Source of the DNA: Mytilus californianus
Taxonomy: Eukaryota
Direction of reading: 5' to 3'
Length of the DNA stretch: 64,000 nt
Assembly: GCF_021869535.1 (NCBI RefSeq)
Contig: NW_026262582.1
Coordinates: 7,378,001-7,442,000 of the forward strand
Part shown: piece after piece, positions 1 to 13,419 of the stretch
How positions within the stretch are numbered: position 1 is the stretch's first letter
Layout: every line of letters starts with the position of its first letter
Made by a program: the position numbers and the translations under genes
The notes under the pieces: generated by a model
Seen by the model: only the letters and a program-made list of their open reading frames with translations
What the model was told of the DNA's origin: nothing
Databases searched by the model: none

Positions 1-798
1 TCTTTAAGGTTTAGCTGTTTAAATCCAAATAAGTGTCTCTGATTTAGCAAAGAAATCGACATAGTTTAATCACGTACCTCAAAGAGGACCCCAAAATGAA
101 CTGTCACAAAAACAGAAATATTCATTATACCGTACTTTTTTAATATTTATTTTGTTGTTGTTTAAATAACACAAATGTAAATAATGGAATAAAGAAAAGC
201 ATCTAGCTATCTGCATGCTATCTAAAGCACTAATAGTTTGCTATACAACATATTTGCACCACTATCTGCAACCAACTTGCATAAAAATGAAGAGTAATAT
301 ACACAGGGTTCATTTTCTCTCACTGTTTTGTTAAGTAAACAATTGTCTTGAAAATACCTAAGCAGACAGCGTGTGTCCTACTTGTTCAAAATATATTTGT
401 AAGAACCTAAGGAGAAGGTATGATAAAGCCACCTGTCTGGTTCTAGAATTCAAATATCCAACAGTATCATAAATATATTAAATAACAAACACCTTTCAGG
501 TGGAAAAGTACATTTATCTGTCTTTTCTTTGCCATGGTATAAACATAAAGTGCTGTGGTATAATGCCATGAAGACAGCTTTCCATGAAAACTAAAAATCA
601 AGGATGTAGTCGAATGATTAATTGTGTCTAATATGCATTCGGTTTTCTCTATTGGCTTTAACAAATGGTGATTTACCCGAGCTAATATATATTGAATAGA
701 GGTCCATAAATAAGCTACCTATAAACAGAGAATTGGAAAGTTCTAACTTAAGGTTAGCATAAAAATTCAATTTCATTTTATAAGTTAATCTATTTTAT

Positions 799-3700
799 TT
801 AGCACTCGACAATAGAACATGGGTTTTCTTTCAACATCTTCTCAAATGGATTTTTCTTTGGAATACAATCAACATCGCTGCTGACGCCATATCTTCGTAT
901 TTTAACAGACTCAGTTTTGCCATCTTTTTCAACAGCATCTATTCGAACTGCATTATTAACTGACATTCCAGGGCTCTCATCAAAATAGTTAAATGGTATT
1001 AGATAGAAACTACGAGACATTCCTGGTGTGTGGGTACTAGGCAAGTCTTCCTTCTTAGGAATGTGGTACATTCCCATTGAAACCCAGGCAACAAGGTCCT
1101 GTCAACATAAATACATATAGATTCATTGAATATTTATACAAAAGCTTAGTTTTGTACCATTTTTTAAACTATAATAACATAAACGGATTGAATGAATTTT
1201 ATCCTTGGAGAATGTAAGAATTTTAGAAAACTATCTACTCAAAACTTTTCAAGCACAATCGTTCAATATTGCAGTATTATCAAAACTTTTTACATCTATC
1301 CTTTACACTAGTAATTTCCAGTGTCAATTTAAAGATTGACTACAACATCTTATTAAACAGAGCTTGTTCTGCATATGACATGTATTATGCTGAATTCATA
1401 CAGATCTTTCATCAAGACAAAAAGAAAAGGTATCTTGCAAATGAAAAAAAAAAACACTTTATAGATTTCGAGAGTCCTAAGTGTTTTTCTGGAATTGACT
1501 TCATTGAGAACTCTGAAAACATAATTTCATATCCAAACATCGGTATAATTCAAATCGCCTTAATTTATCCATTATTTCTTTAACTACGTTCTAATTGCAT
1601 TATTTCCCTAACATTGTATATTTTTTCCTAGTTTTCATAGTGAAAAATTTAGTATATAAAAGATAAGGAGATGAGGTATGATTGCCAATGAGACAACTAT
1701 CCACCAAAGTATACTTTTTTTCCAATATCTTTTAATTTGTTGTAAATGAAACATACTATAAATATACAAAAAAAAATGTGCTCAAAATTACGGATCATAC
1801 TATTCTATGAGTATAATGCACAAGGTTATTTCAACAATTTTTACTTCATTGTCAACAATACTGAATGAACAAAGTCATTACTTCTTTTTCGGTAGAGTAT
1901 AATTTTCCTTTATGCTTTCTATCAATATAGATCACTGGTCCCTGAGAATTTTCTACACTTGAGTTAACTTTTTATAGTAAATTGATGGAATGATATAAAG
2001 TATTGTAAATGCTTAAAACTTAAAACAGACCTCGATTTCTACCAACGGCGAAACTTTGATAAATTGCATTATAAGCTAATTAAAAGGTAATTTCAATAAA
2101 AAGTAATAATGAGAATTACTACGAATGATATTTGTGAAAAATATTTTACCTTACTTTACTTTTTTAAACGTATCAAAAGGTTTACTTTCAAGAAATTTAC
2201 CCTACGGTGCAAAACAACTGTTCGCTTTTAAATACTAAATTCGAAATATGAGAATACCGACATTACATAAAAAAAGATGTTCTCCAACAGTAATTTTCGA
2301 AACATTTAATTTACTATTAAAATAAATCCATATCATTGTTGGAGGGGACTCTTATATTGAGAGGACAAAAATAATGCAATAACATTAACGGTACCAATTT
2401 TACTGCGTATTTTGACAATCAATGTCAATTCAGTGATGCTCGAGAGGCCAAAATTTGGAAATCCAAAACTTACCAAAGTTGGAAGCATTCCTATAACTGA
2501 TATTTTTGTGTATGAATACTTTACCTGATCTACAATATTTTCGTTATCGTCAATGAACTCTTGAAAATTAAAAACAGGATTGTAAGAATGTGCAAACATG
2601 TTGCTACTCGATGGTTCACTATCTTTGTACTTAGTTACGGCAACCTGATATTGCGACCAGCTGGCAGCTGGATTGTTTCCATCATCTGGAGGTCTTGTGT
2701 TTTTTATCATTCCTTCATTTACCAGTCTATATCCTGCCGAATTGCCAAACTTGTCTTTGACATTATTATTAACAAACGTTAGATACTTTGGAAAGTTGAA
2801 GTCAAATTTATAGGCTCCTTCAAATTCAGTCTTCTTAAGTCGTTTTATAAACTGGTTTTGAATAATCGTGGCATTGGGAACATCACTTGCTTCATTTGGA
2901 GTAACGACGGATTCAATATCCAGAGTTTCGAATCTGTTCTTTGTTCCTTTAATGTCAAGGTCAACTTTGAAATGATATAAGTGTTGATGCAGAGGTGCCA
3001 TGAGGTTATCATCAAGCTGGAAACTAAATGGATTGTCTTGTCCATACCATGTGCTCGCAACAACACCGGAAGCTGTCACTTTAATTTTCATGACGCCATT
3101 ATGATAAAATATAAAATCAATAATGTACTCATATGGATAGACTGTCGGAATTGTCCTTACTATTAAAACAATATTTTCAACACCTTCATAGAAACTATGA
3201 ATATTTTTAAAGTATCCATGCTGACGACGAAGTGGTAGTCCTGTGTTGAATTCAAATACACAAATCGAATGTTCATTGAAAAGTGGTTTATCTTGGGTTT
3301 CAACCTTGTAAGATGAGCTAAGGAATGTAGCATCCAAAGGACAATCAACTCCAGGTACTAGATATTTTGCTAAAGTTCCTGTCTGGTAGCTGTTGTCTAG
3401 ATAAAAAGATGTATATTCAAACGGTTTATAGCCGAAATAAAATACTGCTAGTTCCTGTGTGCTAACTTCATATGCAATACGTTCATTTTTGTATCGGATG
3501 TCATTTAGCCTTGGTCCACGGAAAGCTGCATTCGCAACATCAAATTCCCAGAAGCCATATGATATATGTCTATCGTAAATATTGTATCGTTTACCATCAG
3601 GGGAAACTTGCTGGGGGTCCTTCAAGGGCTTTTCAAATGGAGGCATGCCTCTTGAGGTCAAAATACGACGAGAACTTCCATTGGCATCAGGAAAGGGAAC

Positions 3701-4467
3701 TTTTTGTATATTATGCTTGTATCTATTGTAATACCTAAGAACATCTTCTAAACATTTGAAGAAATGTCCATCGAACCATACTTTCAGCAGAGAAAAATTA
3801 TCAAGTTCCGATTCAACCAAAAAGGCAAAATCTAAAGGTCTCAATATGTTATATTCTACATTATGCTGCACCCACCAAAAGAATCTTCGCTTTCTTACGC
3901 CAGATATTACGGAAGTTACCTGATTAAAATAGTTAGCTATCAGGCATCTATCACCGCAATTAGTAAACCGTCCGCCGTACAGGTCTAACAACATGTCACC
4001 AAGTGTCCTGTCTAAAAAAATCAAAACTTTTCCAACGTAATCTGCTACATTAAAAGGTCTGTCTATGAAAGGAAGTGATTTTGGTCGGTACGGAACATGT
4101 TTATAGGCGGAAGGGTTTGGTAAAGGACCAACAACTATTTCAATGACGTCTGGTTTTGGAATAGCTCCTCTGAAAATCATAACCTGTGCTTCTCGTTCTG
4201 GTTGAGGATGTCCATTATCAAGGTGATTTAGTATATCCCTTTTTAAAGGCCGATATATATCAGCAATAAAAATATAGTTCGAAGTAACCGAAGCCTTTTC
4301 TGCAACAGTGAGGTTTAAACTTGATTCTGCATAAAGAAAATCAAGAAGGCCTTTAATTTCTGTTTGTGTTAAATCACGAAACACAGATGGATGATCACTT
4401 TCCCGAGTATCAATGTTGCCATATTGGGATGAAGGTCGTCTACAAATTGGAAGCCGGGAAATATTTT
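799..4467 (-). CDS. AOC: Copper-containing (TPQ) amine oxidase, AOC1/AOC3 family; 5'-partial model: exons 4467-2525 and 1098-799
   Basis: The large exon starts after a ttttatag acceptor (AG at 4469-4468). It encodes ...PSVFRDLT...YLDNSY (catalytic Asp)...TVYPYEY (TPQ region)...HQHLYHF (two Cu ligands)...FIDDNENIVDQ, then a GTAA donor at 2524. A ttgacag acceptor precedes 1098, giving the phase-0 join DQ|DLVAWVSMGMYHIP (third Cu His) and a stop at 799-801. About 746 aa are recovered. The upstream exon(s) carrying the N-terminus were not located. Confidence 0.93.
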
Positions 4468-4544
4468 CTATAAAATAAAGATTAGTTTATAATAAATCGA
4501 TCATAATCGGACACTTCACTAAAGATGGAATGAAAAAAAATCGT

Positions 4545-4775
4545 TAAAGATACCAGGCTGAAAATTTTGTACGCCAGACGCGCGTTTCGTCTTCATTATA
4601 GTTTTTAGTGACTCTCGAAGCAAATAGGTAAAAGCCAAATCCTGTACGAAGTTGAAGAGCATAGAGGAATACAAAAACCCTAAACATTTTGCCAAATACA
4701 TCTACGTAATCTATTCATGAGAGTAGAAAATTCTTAGCTTTCGAACAATTGAAAGTTTTGTAAACTATTTTTGTT
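4545..4775 (-). mobile_element. Retrozyme-like repeat copy with degenerate hammerhead core
   Basis: The reverse complement matches the 14628-14872 element (ctcttcaactt...gaagacGAAACGCGCGTCtggcgta). The CUGAUGA box reads CTAAAAA. Confidence 0.75.
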
Positions 4776-5249
4776 ATACCATTTCAATGTCAAAACAGAA
4801 GTACGATTAACGAATACGTTATGAATATGGTGCGTTAATTCGCGTTCAACGCGCTTTTCTGGATTAGCCTGCAACAAAAAACTCAAATAAAAGAAAGAAC
4901 GAGTAGTTGGATAAGTACAACAATGATTCAAGGAAACTGTTTTGATACATTTAGATCATTTTATTAGATTTTATGGTAATCATGAGCTTTCGCATTGACT
5001 GTGACTTTCGTATTTGTTAAAGTTTATGGTACGCATATATATTTTTGTTTTAATTGATAATCGCAAGCTTTTTTGAGTTTTTTTTCAGCTTTATGTTACT
5101 CGCATATGTTTGTAGTCTCCTACTTTTAGCAAAATCAAGGATTTTTCTTCACTCTAACTCCATGCTTCCATAATCACCTACCTATATCTTTTAAATGATT
5201 AATATTGTCTTCAACTGAATGAATAATTTTGTCTGTGATTTGTGTCACC

Positions 5250-5545
5250 TTGTTGTGCCCCCGTCGTAACGGAGGGGGCATTAAGGTTTTCCCTTGTCCT
5301 TCCGTACGTCTGTCCGTCCGTACATACGTTCGTCTGTCCGTATGTCCGTCCGACCGTTCGTACGTACGAAATTGGTTTCCGATCTATAACTTAAGTTTGC
5401 CTCAACCAATTGTTCTGAAACTTATACACAATGCCTATAACCCAAAAACTCAGATCAAGTTTAAATTTGGGTGGAGTTATGCCCCTTTCTAGCGTTATAT
5501 ACAAGCGGGGAATCAATTGTGTCCCATGGACACATCCTCCATTCA
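5250..5545 (-). mobile_element. HINE/Pearl-like non-autonomous interspersed element with CGTC/CGTA microsatellite
   Basis: (CCGT/CTGT)n tract at ~5300-5370 followed by aacttaagtttgcctcaaccaattgttctgaaacttatacacaatgc. This is the reverse complement of the core at ~63255-63400. The class label is inferred from architecture. Confidence 0.55.
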
Positions 5546-7004
5546 TTTTTTTCTATGTTTTTGCGGTTGTGTCTTTTTTATTCACTTAGACTTTCGAAAG
5601 GAAGATATATCTCATTTGGATTGTTTTATACAGTGTCGTTTTTTTGCTATTAGATAATTCATTTAAAAAAGTAAGAAAAAGCTAGTTAAAGTACTGATGT
5701 TTACCTTTCATCATCTTAATTGACATCTTTGATGCTATGATTGATTTTGTTTGTTGTTTACCTTCCTTTCATCTATCTTATATTTCATTAAACTGTTTTC
5801 TTTTAAACATTAGTATCAAAACATATAACTGTTGTAAGGGACTCTAGTATATTAGGGAACAAAAAGAACGTAAAATTATTGGCGGTACCAATTTTGTTTC
5901 TGCATTTTATCTAGGCGTTGATAAACAATATTTTAAAATAATGAAAATATTGTTTTTTTAAATTCAAAATGGGGAAAACTTATGGTGGCAAACATTAACG
6001 AAGCATTTTTTTAAAATTCAAAAAAGGGGAAACCTACGATGTCATTAATGAATCAGTTGCAGTGTGTCAATAATATAAACATGATACATCGGTATCTAAA
6101 AAAAATACATTTTTGCAAACAACCGACAGAGCTTGTTTAAAAGGAACACATAACCTGTGAGTACCGGTGTCGAAACAATTAGATGAATCATTCTAAATCC
6201 AACAAAAACTCTCAAATAAAGATGAATTTTCCTAAATCAAACGTAAATTAAAGACGTTTTGCTGCATTTGATCACGTAAGAAATCATCAAAGATTCCAAG
6301 GATCTACAAGGCGTTTAACCAATTAATGAATATCAGACTGAGACATTTACTTCCATATATAATTTTTTTGGCAAAATATTATGCATATCTTGATTGGTTA
6401 GTGCTGATAAAACCATAGTCAGATAAAATTACCGTAATTCTCAAAGCTGTAATAAGGCGAATGTAGCTACCGATGTTCAAATCTTGTAAATCGATTCCAA
6501 ACAGACAAATTAAGGAAGCACATTAATGAGACAATCGAACCAACTCTAAAAAGAGCGAGATCGGATGTTTCGACAGGCGACGTCTCCTGCTATTCATGAA
6601 CCGCCCGTCATGCGAATTCACACGTAATCTCAGTCTGCGAAATCAATCCTCATTTTAAAAAGAAAGCCTAATTTTATGTTATCCGCAAACAAATATTTGT
6701 CTGGACTTTTTTTTCATTTGATAAGCCTTTACATTTAATTCAATATAATAGGATCTTCAATTTGCCACTTTCTTTGTATAAGCAGTTTGTCTAACCTTAG
6801 AGCCAGTTGTTTTCCTTTAACCATTAAGTTGAGAACAAAGTCGGTATTTGAAAATAGAGTATTGCACGAAAGACTGGTAGGCACATTCGTTTTGTTAAAT
6901 TCTCATTTCCCTTTTGATTTTTCTCACTTCCAACTTCACATATCACACTTCCAAGAAGGGAAAACACATTTAACAACGAGCAAAACCCTTACCGTATAGT
7001 TAAC

Positions 7005-7215
7005 TATAAAAGACACCGGCATGACAACATATGACACAATTCAAACGAGACTGGGGACGAACCAATAAACAAAGAACAAATATGACAGACAGCAACCAAC
7101 GATAATTAAATAAATCACAGGCTTCTGACTTTGGACATGCACATAAAGAAAGTGTCGGGGTTAAACATGTGTGTGAGCGCTCAACCCTCTCCTAACCTTA
7201 AACAGTGTTGTCAAC
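7005..7215 (-). repeat. Fragment of the abundant interspersed repeat (family A)
   Basis: Contains ggggttaaacatgtgtgtgagcgctcaaccctc and ttctgactttggaca, the reverse complements of the family-A core seen at 25850, 26790 and 50170. Confidence 0.7.
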
Positions 7216-8527
7216 AAACTGTAAAAATTAATTGGATTTGACTTGACCAATCAGATTAACAAGAAGCGCTAAAACAACTAACGTAAAGAAAAATACCCAG
7301 AGAACAATATAACAATACACTCAATAACTAAAATTTAGTTCAAAGTTCACTTACAACTAATAAATGGTGGTATTTGAAACTACAACTAATATAATGTTGG
7401 GATGGGTTTTTAACGTTTCAGATGAAAGCAAATTCAGAAAAACTCTTCAGACGCACAAAATTAAATAATTTGTATTCAATAAATAAGTCATTTCTCATTT
7501 TCTTAGAAACAATACACAATATGTCAACAATATCGTTTTCTTATTTTATACGAACTTATACATGTAAGTTAAATGCATCGCTGGTGTTTATAAGGAGATA
7601 TGTAGTAAACGTTTATGATATAGTCAATCGTTTTGTCATATCTAAAATCTTGCATAAAGATCTTGAAAAAATCTTGATGTTGTGATGTTTCGGACTCGTG
7701 ATGTCTTTTCGTTGCTTCACGTCATACGAATTCCTTAAATAGTGACGAATGAAGTCTGTCATACGGTAAAGTATCCATTTAAATATCTTCATGTACTAGT
7801 AATTAGGATTTCAATTTGGGCAATTTCCAATATAAGTGCATGGCCACGGTCAAAATTTATTTTATTTTAAGTATTTTAATTCGCTGTAAAGCTGATCTAG
7901 ATCTTTCTTGCACAAACATGTCTAAATGACAATATTGCAGTGTCATTCTGTATTTACAAGGTTAAAGTGTTGGCATCAGAACTTTTATATCTATAATTCT
8001 AAATAGTACAAAATAGCATTTTTCTTTCCGGTATGTGCTGAATTAATGTTATCTCAATTGTACGCTTCTATACATAGGTTATCTTGGATAAAGATTGTTT
8101 ATTAGGTACGCTCTTTTCTAAAAGGACCCGAATTAAAACTGTTCGCATCTGACTTTTGTCCTGTTGAAAGCTTAAAAACTTTAGTATATAAGATCTGTTG
8201 TCACTCTTTTAATTTCCGCTGCAGTTTTAAAGATCAGTGTAATTGACCATTACTATTCCGAAAATTAAAAGAATCTTTAGAATATGAGTCTTGTAACTTC
8301 ATACATGTTTTGTCATACTGTTTTGTAAGTGCAACTAAGAGCAACTGGGTTCCTTATATGTGCTAGTATTAATTTGCCTTTCATTTCTCATCTTTTGAAA
8401 GTTTTTGTATTAATCTTTCTTCCTTTAATCGTGACATATTGTGTGACATTGAGATCTTAAATCCTACGAATATTGTTTTTTGCTCATCATTTCGACGGAC
8501 TTCCAGGATTTGAAATATTGGTTTTAA

Positions 8528-8955
8528 GATGGCACGGTAGTATTTACATTCCGGAATTAAGGTTGCTCTTTTGTGTACCCTACTTAAGTCAATGTATCTG
8601 AACAGTGTGATTGGACAAAAAATACAGTATCTACTGAACATACTTCCCAAACGCAGGGATGAATCAGGTGTAGAAAAAATATGAAATAATTTTACATATA
8701 GGTGAAAATGAATTTTTGAGAATTTTTTTTCAATTTTGTATTCACTTCATGATAAAAGACCTAAAAGCACTAGTGGCCTTATGTTTATAAAGAGAGCAAA
8801 AACAGTAAACGGTCATCATAAATATTCAAATTAATTTCTTAATATTATAATAAAAAGTACTTCAGTTAACTGTATATGTAGAATTTTGGGCAGTGTAAGA
8901 TATTCTGAAAAGACTATCATTATCTCTATGTTCCAGGAAATACTACCGTGCCACC
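8528..8955. mobile_element. Non-autonomous Kolobok-like DNA transposon (TTAA-flanked MITE)
   Basis: ttaa|GATGGCACGGTAGTATTT ... AAATACTACCGTGCCACC|ttaa: ~18-bp TIR with 1 mismatch, purine-purine start, TTAA on both sides (8524-8527, 8956-8959). Confidence 0.65.
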
Positions 8956-9304
8956 TTAAACAACTAGTTACAGCACCTGTTTGTTCATTCAATTAATTAA
9001 TTACTTTGTACGTTACTATATATGCAACTACCACATATTTAATGTGTGTTGCCATTTCTTTCTTTTAAAGAAAAAGTTATGAAAAACTTACTCCTCGATG
9101 TCCATTTTTGAAAAAGATTGAAGCATTTCCTACTAGATACCTATAAATATAAGTGTTAAAGTCATAATCATTAGAGTTAAAGAAAGAAGAGTGGCTGCAA
9201 TAATAAAACAAAAAAGATATTACACTTTTAAACATGTTGTTTAGTTACAAATATCGCCTCTTGAACATTAATAAGACATCAAGCAGTATATGATTAATGA
9301 TCAC

Positions 9305-9470
9305 TTCCACATGTGGATTAGGATCTGCTTACCCTTCCGGAGCACATGAGATCAACCCTGGTTTTTTGTGGGGTATGTGTTGCTCAGTCTTTAGTTTTCA
9401 ATGTTGTGATTTTGTACTGTTGTTCTCTTTCGGTCGTTTTTCGTTTTTTGCCATGGCATTGTCAATATAA
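9305..9470 (-). repeat. Interspersed repeat family B fragment
   Basis: Reverse complement of GTGCTCCGGAAGGGTAAGCAGATCC; same family as 13925-14275 and 16340-16620. Confidence 0.7.
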
Positions 9471-12362
9471 GAATAAGAAGATGTAGTGACCAAATGACAT
9501 CAAAGTTAACAACTGGACAATTTGTTTTCAACATACGAGTTTGAATATCCCTTTGGTATGTTTCGCCTCTATCATATATGTTTTTATATTCTTAAGCAAT
9601 GAAATGTCGCTGAGAGAATTAATTATGAAAATAGCGTATATATTAAATTATTTGTAGGTCAGTAATGGCAACATCAAAAGCTTAAGCACATCAAACGACT
9701 GGAAAACAACTGTCATATTCCTGACTTGGTACAGGCATTTCTTTATGTAGAAAATGATCGATTAAACCTGGTTTTATAGCTAGCTAATGAGTTGTTGCAT
9801 ATGATCTTAATGTGCAGGAACCTTAGTTATCTCTTCACGCCAGGAATCAGATTAAGTGTCCCTTTTCTCACCGGACGTGGCTGCGTATTTATACATCTCG
9901 CACAACCAAAAGAATGCCCCACTTTAGCAAGGGTTTTGCTGCCAGTCGAACGAAGACTAAAAGTGATCGTACAGTGTATTTGTATTATCTAGTCACCCTT
10001 AAGGGTGGCTATAATATATATAAAATATCAGTGCATTATAAAACAAAAGCTTTCACAACTCTGTTACAATGGAATTGATAAATATATTAATATCATTTTC
10101 TTTTCGAATTTAGCAGATAGGCGTTATCAAAGCACAAAGTTTTTACATAAATGAACGACACCCTCTAAATTGAGAAAATAAAACACGTAGATTGTTTTTG
10201 TAAGAGCTATGATTTATGAGTTTGAATGTCCCTTTGCTATTTTTCGGCCATATTGTACTCAATTATGTACAATAAAATGATATTCAAAATTATAATTTAA
10301 AAAGGACAGAGGTTTGACATAGTCAGGTAAAAAGTAAATTAGCAAAAATAAAATATACGATTTGAATGCATGTTTGGTACAATGTTAGCGATATGAAGGC
10401 AAATAAATGATTAATTGTGAATGAATCACGAAACACTTTATTAACTAGTTTAACTGAGTGTCAATTCACTTGGCAGATGATGTGAACATATCAGGAGACG
10501 ACGCATTTGCTCGCTCTTTTCAAATTTATGCGATACCCTCAGAGGTTTTTTTTAATAGATTTGTGTTTTTTTTAATGGATTTAATGATTTGAACATCGGT
10601 ACACTACTGTTGCCTCTAATTCATCGTCTTGGAAAAATCTCAACAGTCATGTTTGGAAGAAATTAAAATATAATTAACATTTTGTGATACAAAAAGTACA
10701 TTAGTACTTACACGATTTAGATTCCTGGAGTCTGAAAGTGTAACATATATAAGCAAGCTTACTACTAAGACATTCATCATAATCGATTACTCCAAGTCTG
10801 AAACAAAAATTAACATTCTGAATATCTTAGTTCAGTTAAACTTTAACAAGGCTAAAAAATACCTGAAACCGAATACCAAGACATAAACTGACCACAGTGC
10901 CAAAAATCATGCGCAGTTGTTATTAATCAAGCATTCTGAATTTCATATTTTAGTCTAACCTCTATCAAGTATCAAAATAAATACATCCAAAATACAAGAA
11001 CAATGACGGACCTCAGTGCTTACAATCCACGTGTATCACAGTTTATAAGTCAAACATTCTGTATATCATAATTCAGGATTAACGTCATATTCGTCGCATC
11101 GAGTATTTAACACATGTCGTATGCATTTAGATGATCTTTAAACCATTTTGTTATTTGTGCATTATTTTTTATACCTTGCTGCATCAAATAAATTTAAATC
11201 ACTCATATATTTACATTGTTGTTATAAATTGCTTGTACAAATGTAAAATTTTGTTATTTTGTTATGCAATTTTGCTTTATTGTTCATACCTTTGTGCATA
11301 ACATCATTTAAATCAATTGCATATTTAGTTTGTTGTCAACATGAACAAATCTTTTTTAAAGAAGGTTATGTCATGATCTACATTGATAGTATATTTGGCG
11401 TGAAATTTTGAAGAGAAACTATTAATTTTGACTTCGTCATATTTTTACTTGATTGATTTTTCAAATATTGCGATTTCGCTACATAAACGCTTCACAAGTA
11501 TGAATACATTTTCCTGTAAGGAACATGGATTATAATTTCTAATTAACCGATTTGCATTATATAAAGTTTTGATATTTAATTTTTTTAACTGCCAGAGAAA
11601 ATTTAATGTTAAACTGGTATATTTCTTGCTGTCCAATTCTTTTCTGATGCAATTAATCAGAAATTATATTGCGTCAGTTATTAAGATCGATGTTTTGATT
11701 TGACTTCAAATAGAATCCATGATACGTGGCAGGAAAATGTCGACACTAATTTTCCCTTCACAGGACAAGTGCGTCCGGGCAATGAAACTGTCATCAGGCA
11801 CGTAAACATGTGTGAGCATCAAACCTATAGGTTTTAAACAATCAAATCAAAATTTCTAGATAGAAACAGCTCTAAAATAAGATACAGTTTGTATTATACA
11901 TTGTCAAAATTGTATAATATCCTTGTTTTATATTCCCAAATCTCTGTTTGTTACCTTGATTTGTCTCTTTCTGATCTATTTTTGAGATTTGAACATCGTT
12001 AAACTACTGCCGCCTTTATTAAAGACTTATCATTTATGTAATTATGACTACTGTCTTGTATTTAAGATGATATTATATCTAAAACAAAAAGTCGAAAAAA
12101 TTATGAATGGTATGATGTTATACTTCTGTTAAATTTCTGTAATTGTGCTTGTCTTATTATGTGTACGATGATTTGTACACCGGAGATTCGTTACCTTTAC
12201 CGTTTTTGAGAAGTAAGGATTGTAACACCTACATCGTGCAATCGTGTATAACCGTCCAAAAGTTGTTCTTTAATGTAATTTTTTGCCATTTGTACAACGA
12301 AAACATGCGTTTCAATCATTGCACTGGGATTTGGTTACGTGTTGGTTCAAAAACGAGGATAT

Positions 12363-12650
12363 ATATGGATGGGGTCCTTCATTTCTGTTTTCCTTAATTT
12401 GTTCGCTCATTATTTTTTATCTTTAAAAATAATGGCTTTTCTGTAATTGCTTGATAACTGTATTCTGCGAATAGTTCTTTTCTGTAATCTGTATTTTTTT
12501 ACCCTATACTTTAATTTTTGCAGTTATTCTTTATATTTTAGCACCCCGTTATTCTCTATTCTTTATTTTTTTTCCATCTGTCTCTATTCTTTATTTATTT
12601 TGCCCAGTATTCTCTATTTCTCTTATCTGTAAACCCCATTCACACCCTCA
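12363..12650. mobile_element. MITE family C (gagggtgtgga.../...tccataccctc ends, internal AGAATAG repeats)
   Basis: Reverse-orientation copy of the 52236-52446 element: ggatggggtccttcatttctg start, ccattcacaccctc end, repeated tattctct/tattttt motifs. Confidence 0.65.
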
Positions 12651-13419
12651 TTAACAGTGCACCTATTTCCTATATTTATATTTGGTAGTCAACAGAAATA
12701 CAAGCCTCCATTTACAAAGTTTACTCACAAATCCTGAAACGTAATTTATTCTATAATATATTCATAAGTTCAGTTTCATTTACTGAAGACATCAAAACTA
12801 AAGATGTCAACAAGTACTCGAGTACTCGAGTATCGCTTTGTAGAAAGTTAAATCACAAAAATACTGAACTCCGAGGAAAATTCAAAAAGGAAAGTCCCTA
12901 ATCAAATGGCAAAATCAAAAGCTCAAACACATCAAACGAATGGATAACAATAAAATAGTATCTAGTATTTAATAGTATCTAGTATCTATAACCAATATGA
13001 TAATCGTTTGATCAGTTTCCTGTAAGAACATTGCTCCTTCTTTCAATATATAACTTTTCTTGAGAACGCCCATTCGAGTTCGAGAATTCAATAGAAATGA
13101 CTAAATATACTGACGGACGTGCATCACACATTTTGGTGATTGATTTTGCCAAATCATGATTAATCTTCAAATGGTTGCTTTTTGTGCTTACCATATTCCT
13201 TTCTGTTTAGAAAAATTCAATACCTGACTTACATGCGGTAATTGAGTTACCGAACGAATTTCTAAAAGCGAATTTTGAAACAAATGCTTGATTTAAAAAA
13301 TAAAATATTCATGAAATATTCCTTTGAATCCATACTCCCACGATCAGCATCAAGTTGTTATGCTTCCATATTGCCGAGACTGATCAATGAGATCTGAAGC
13401 AAACCATAAGAAGGTTGTA

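Noticed and set aside
2333-2524. C-terminal tail of the 683-aa ORF (VKYSYTKISVIG...)
   Set aside because: Read-through into the intron: AOC homology stops at DQ|GTAA and resumes at 1098.
9991-10010. 20-bp near-palindrome centred on TTAA
   Set aside because: Probably a repeat end or junction; too short to assign a function.
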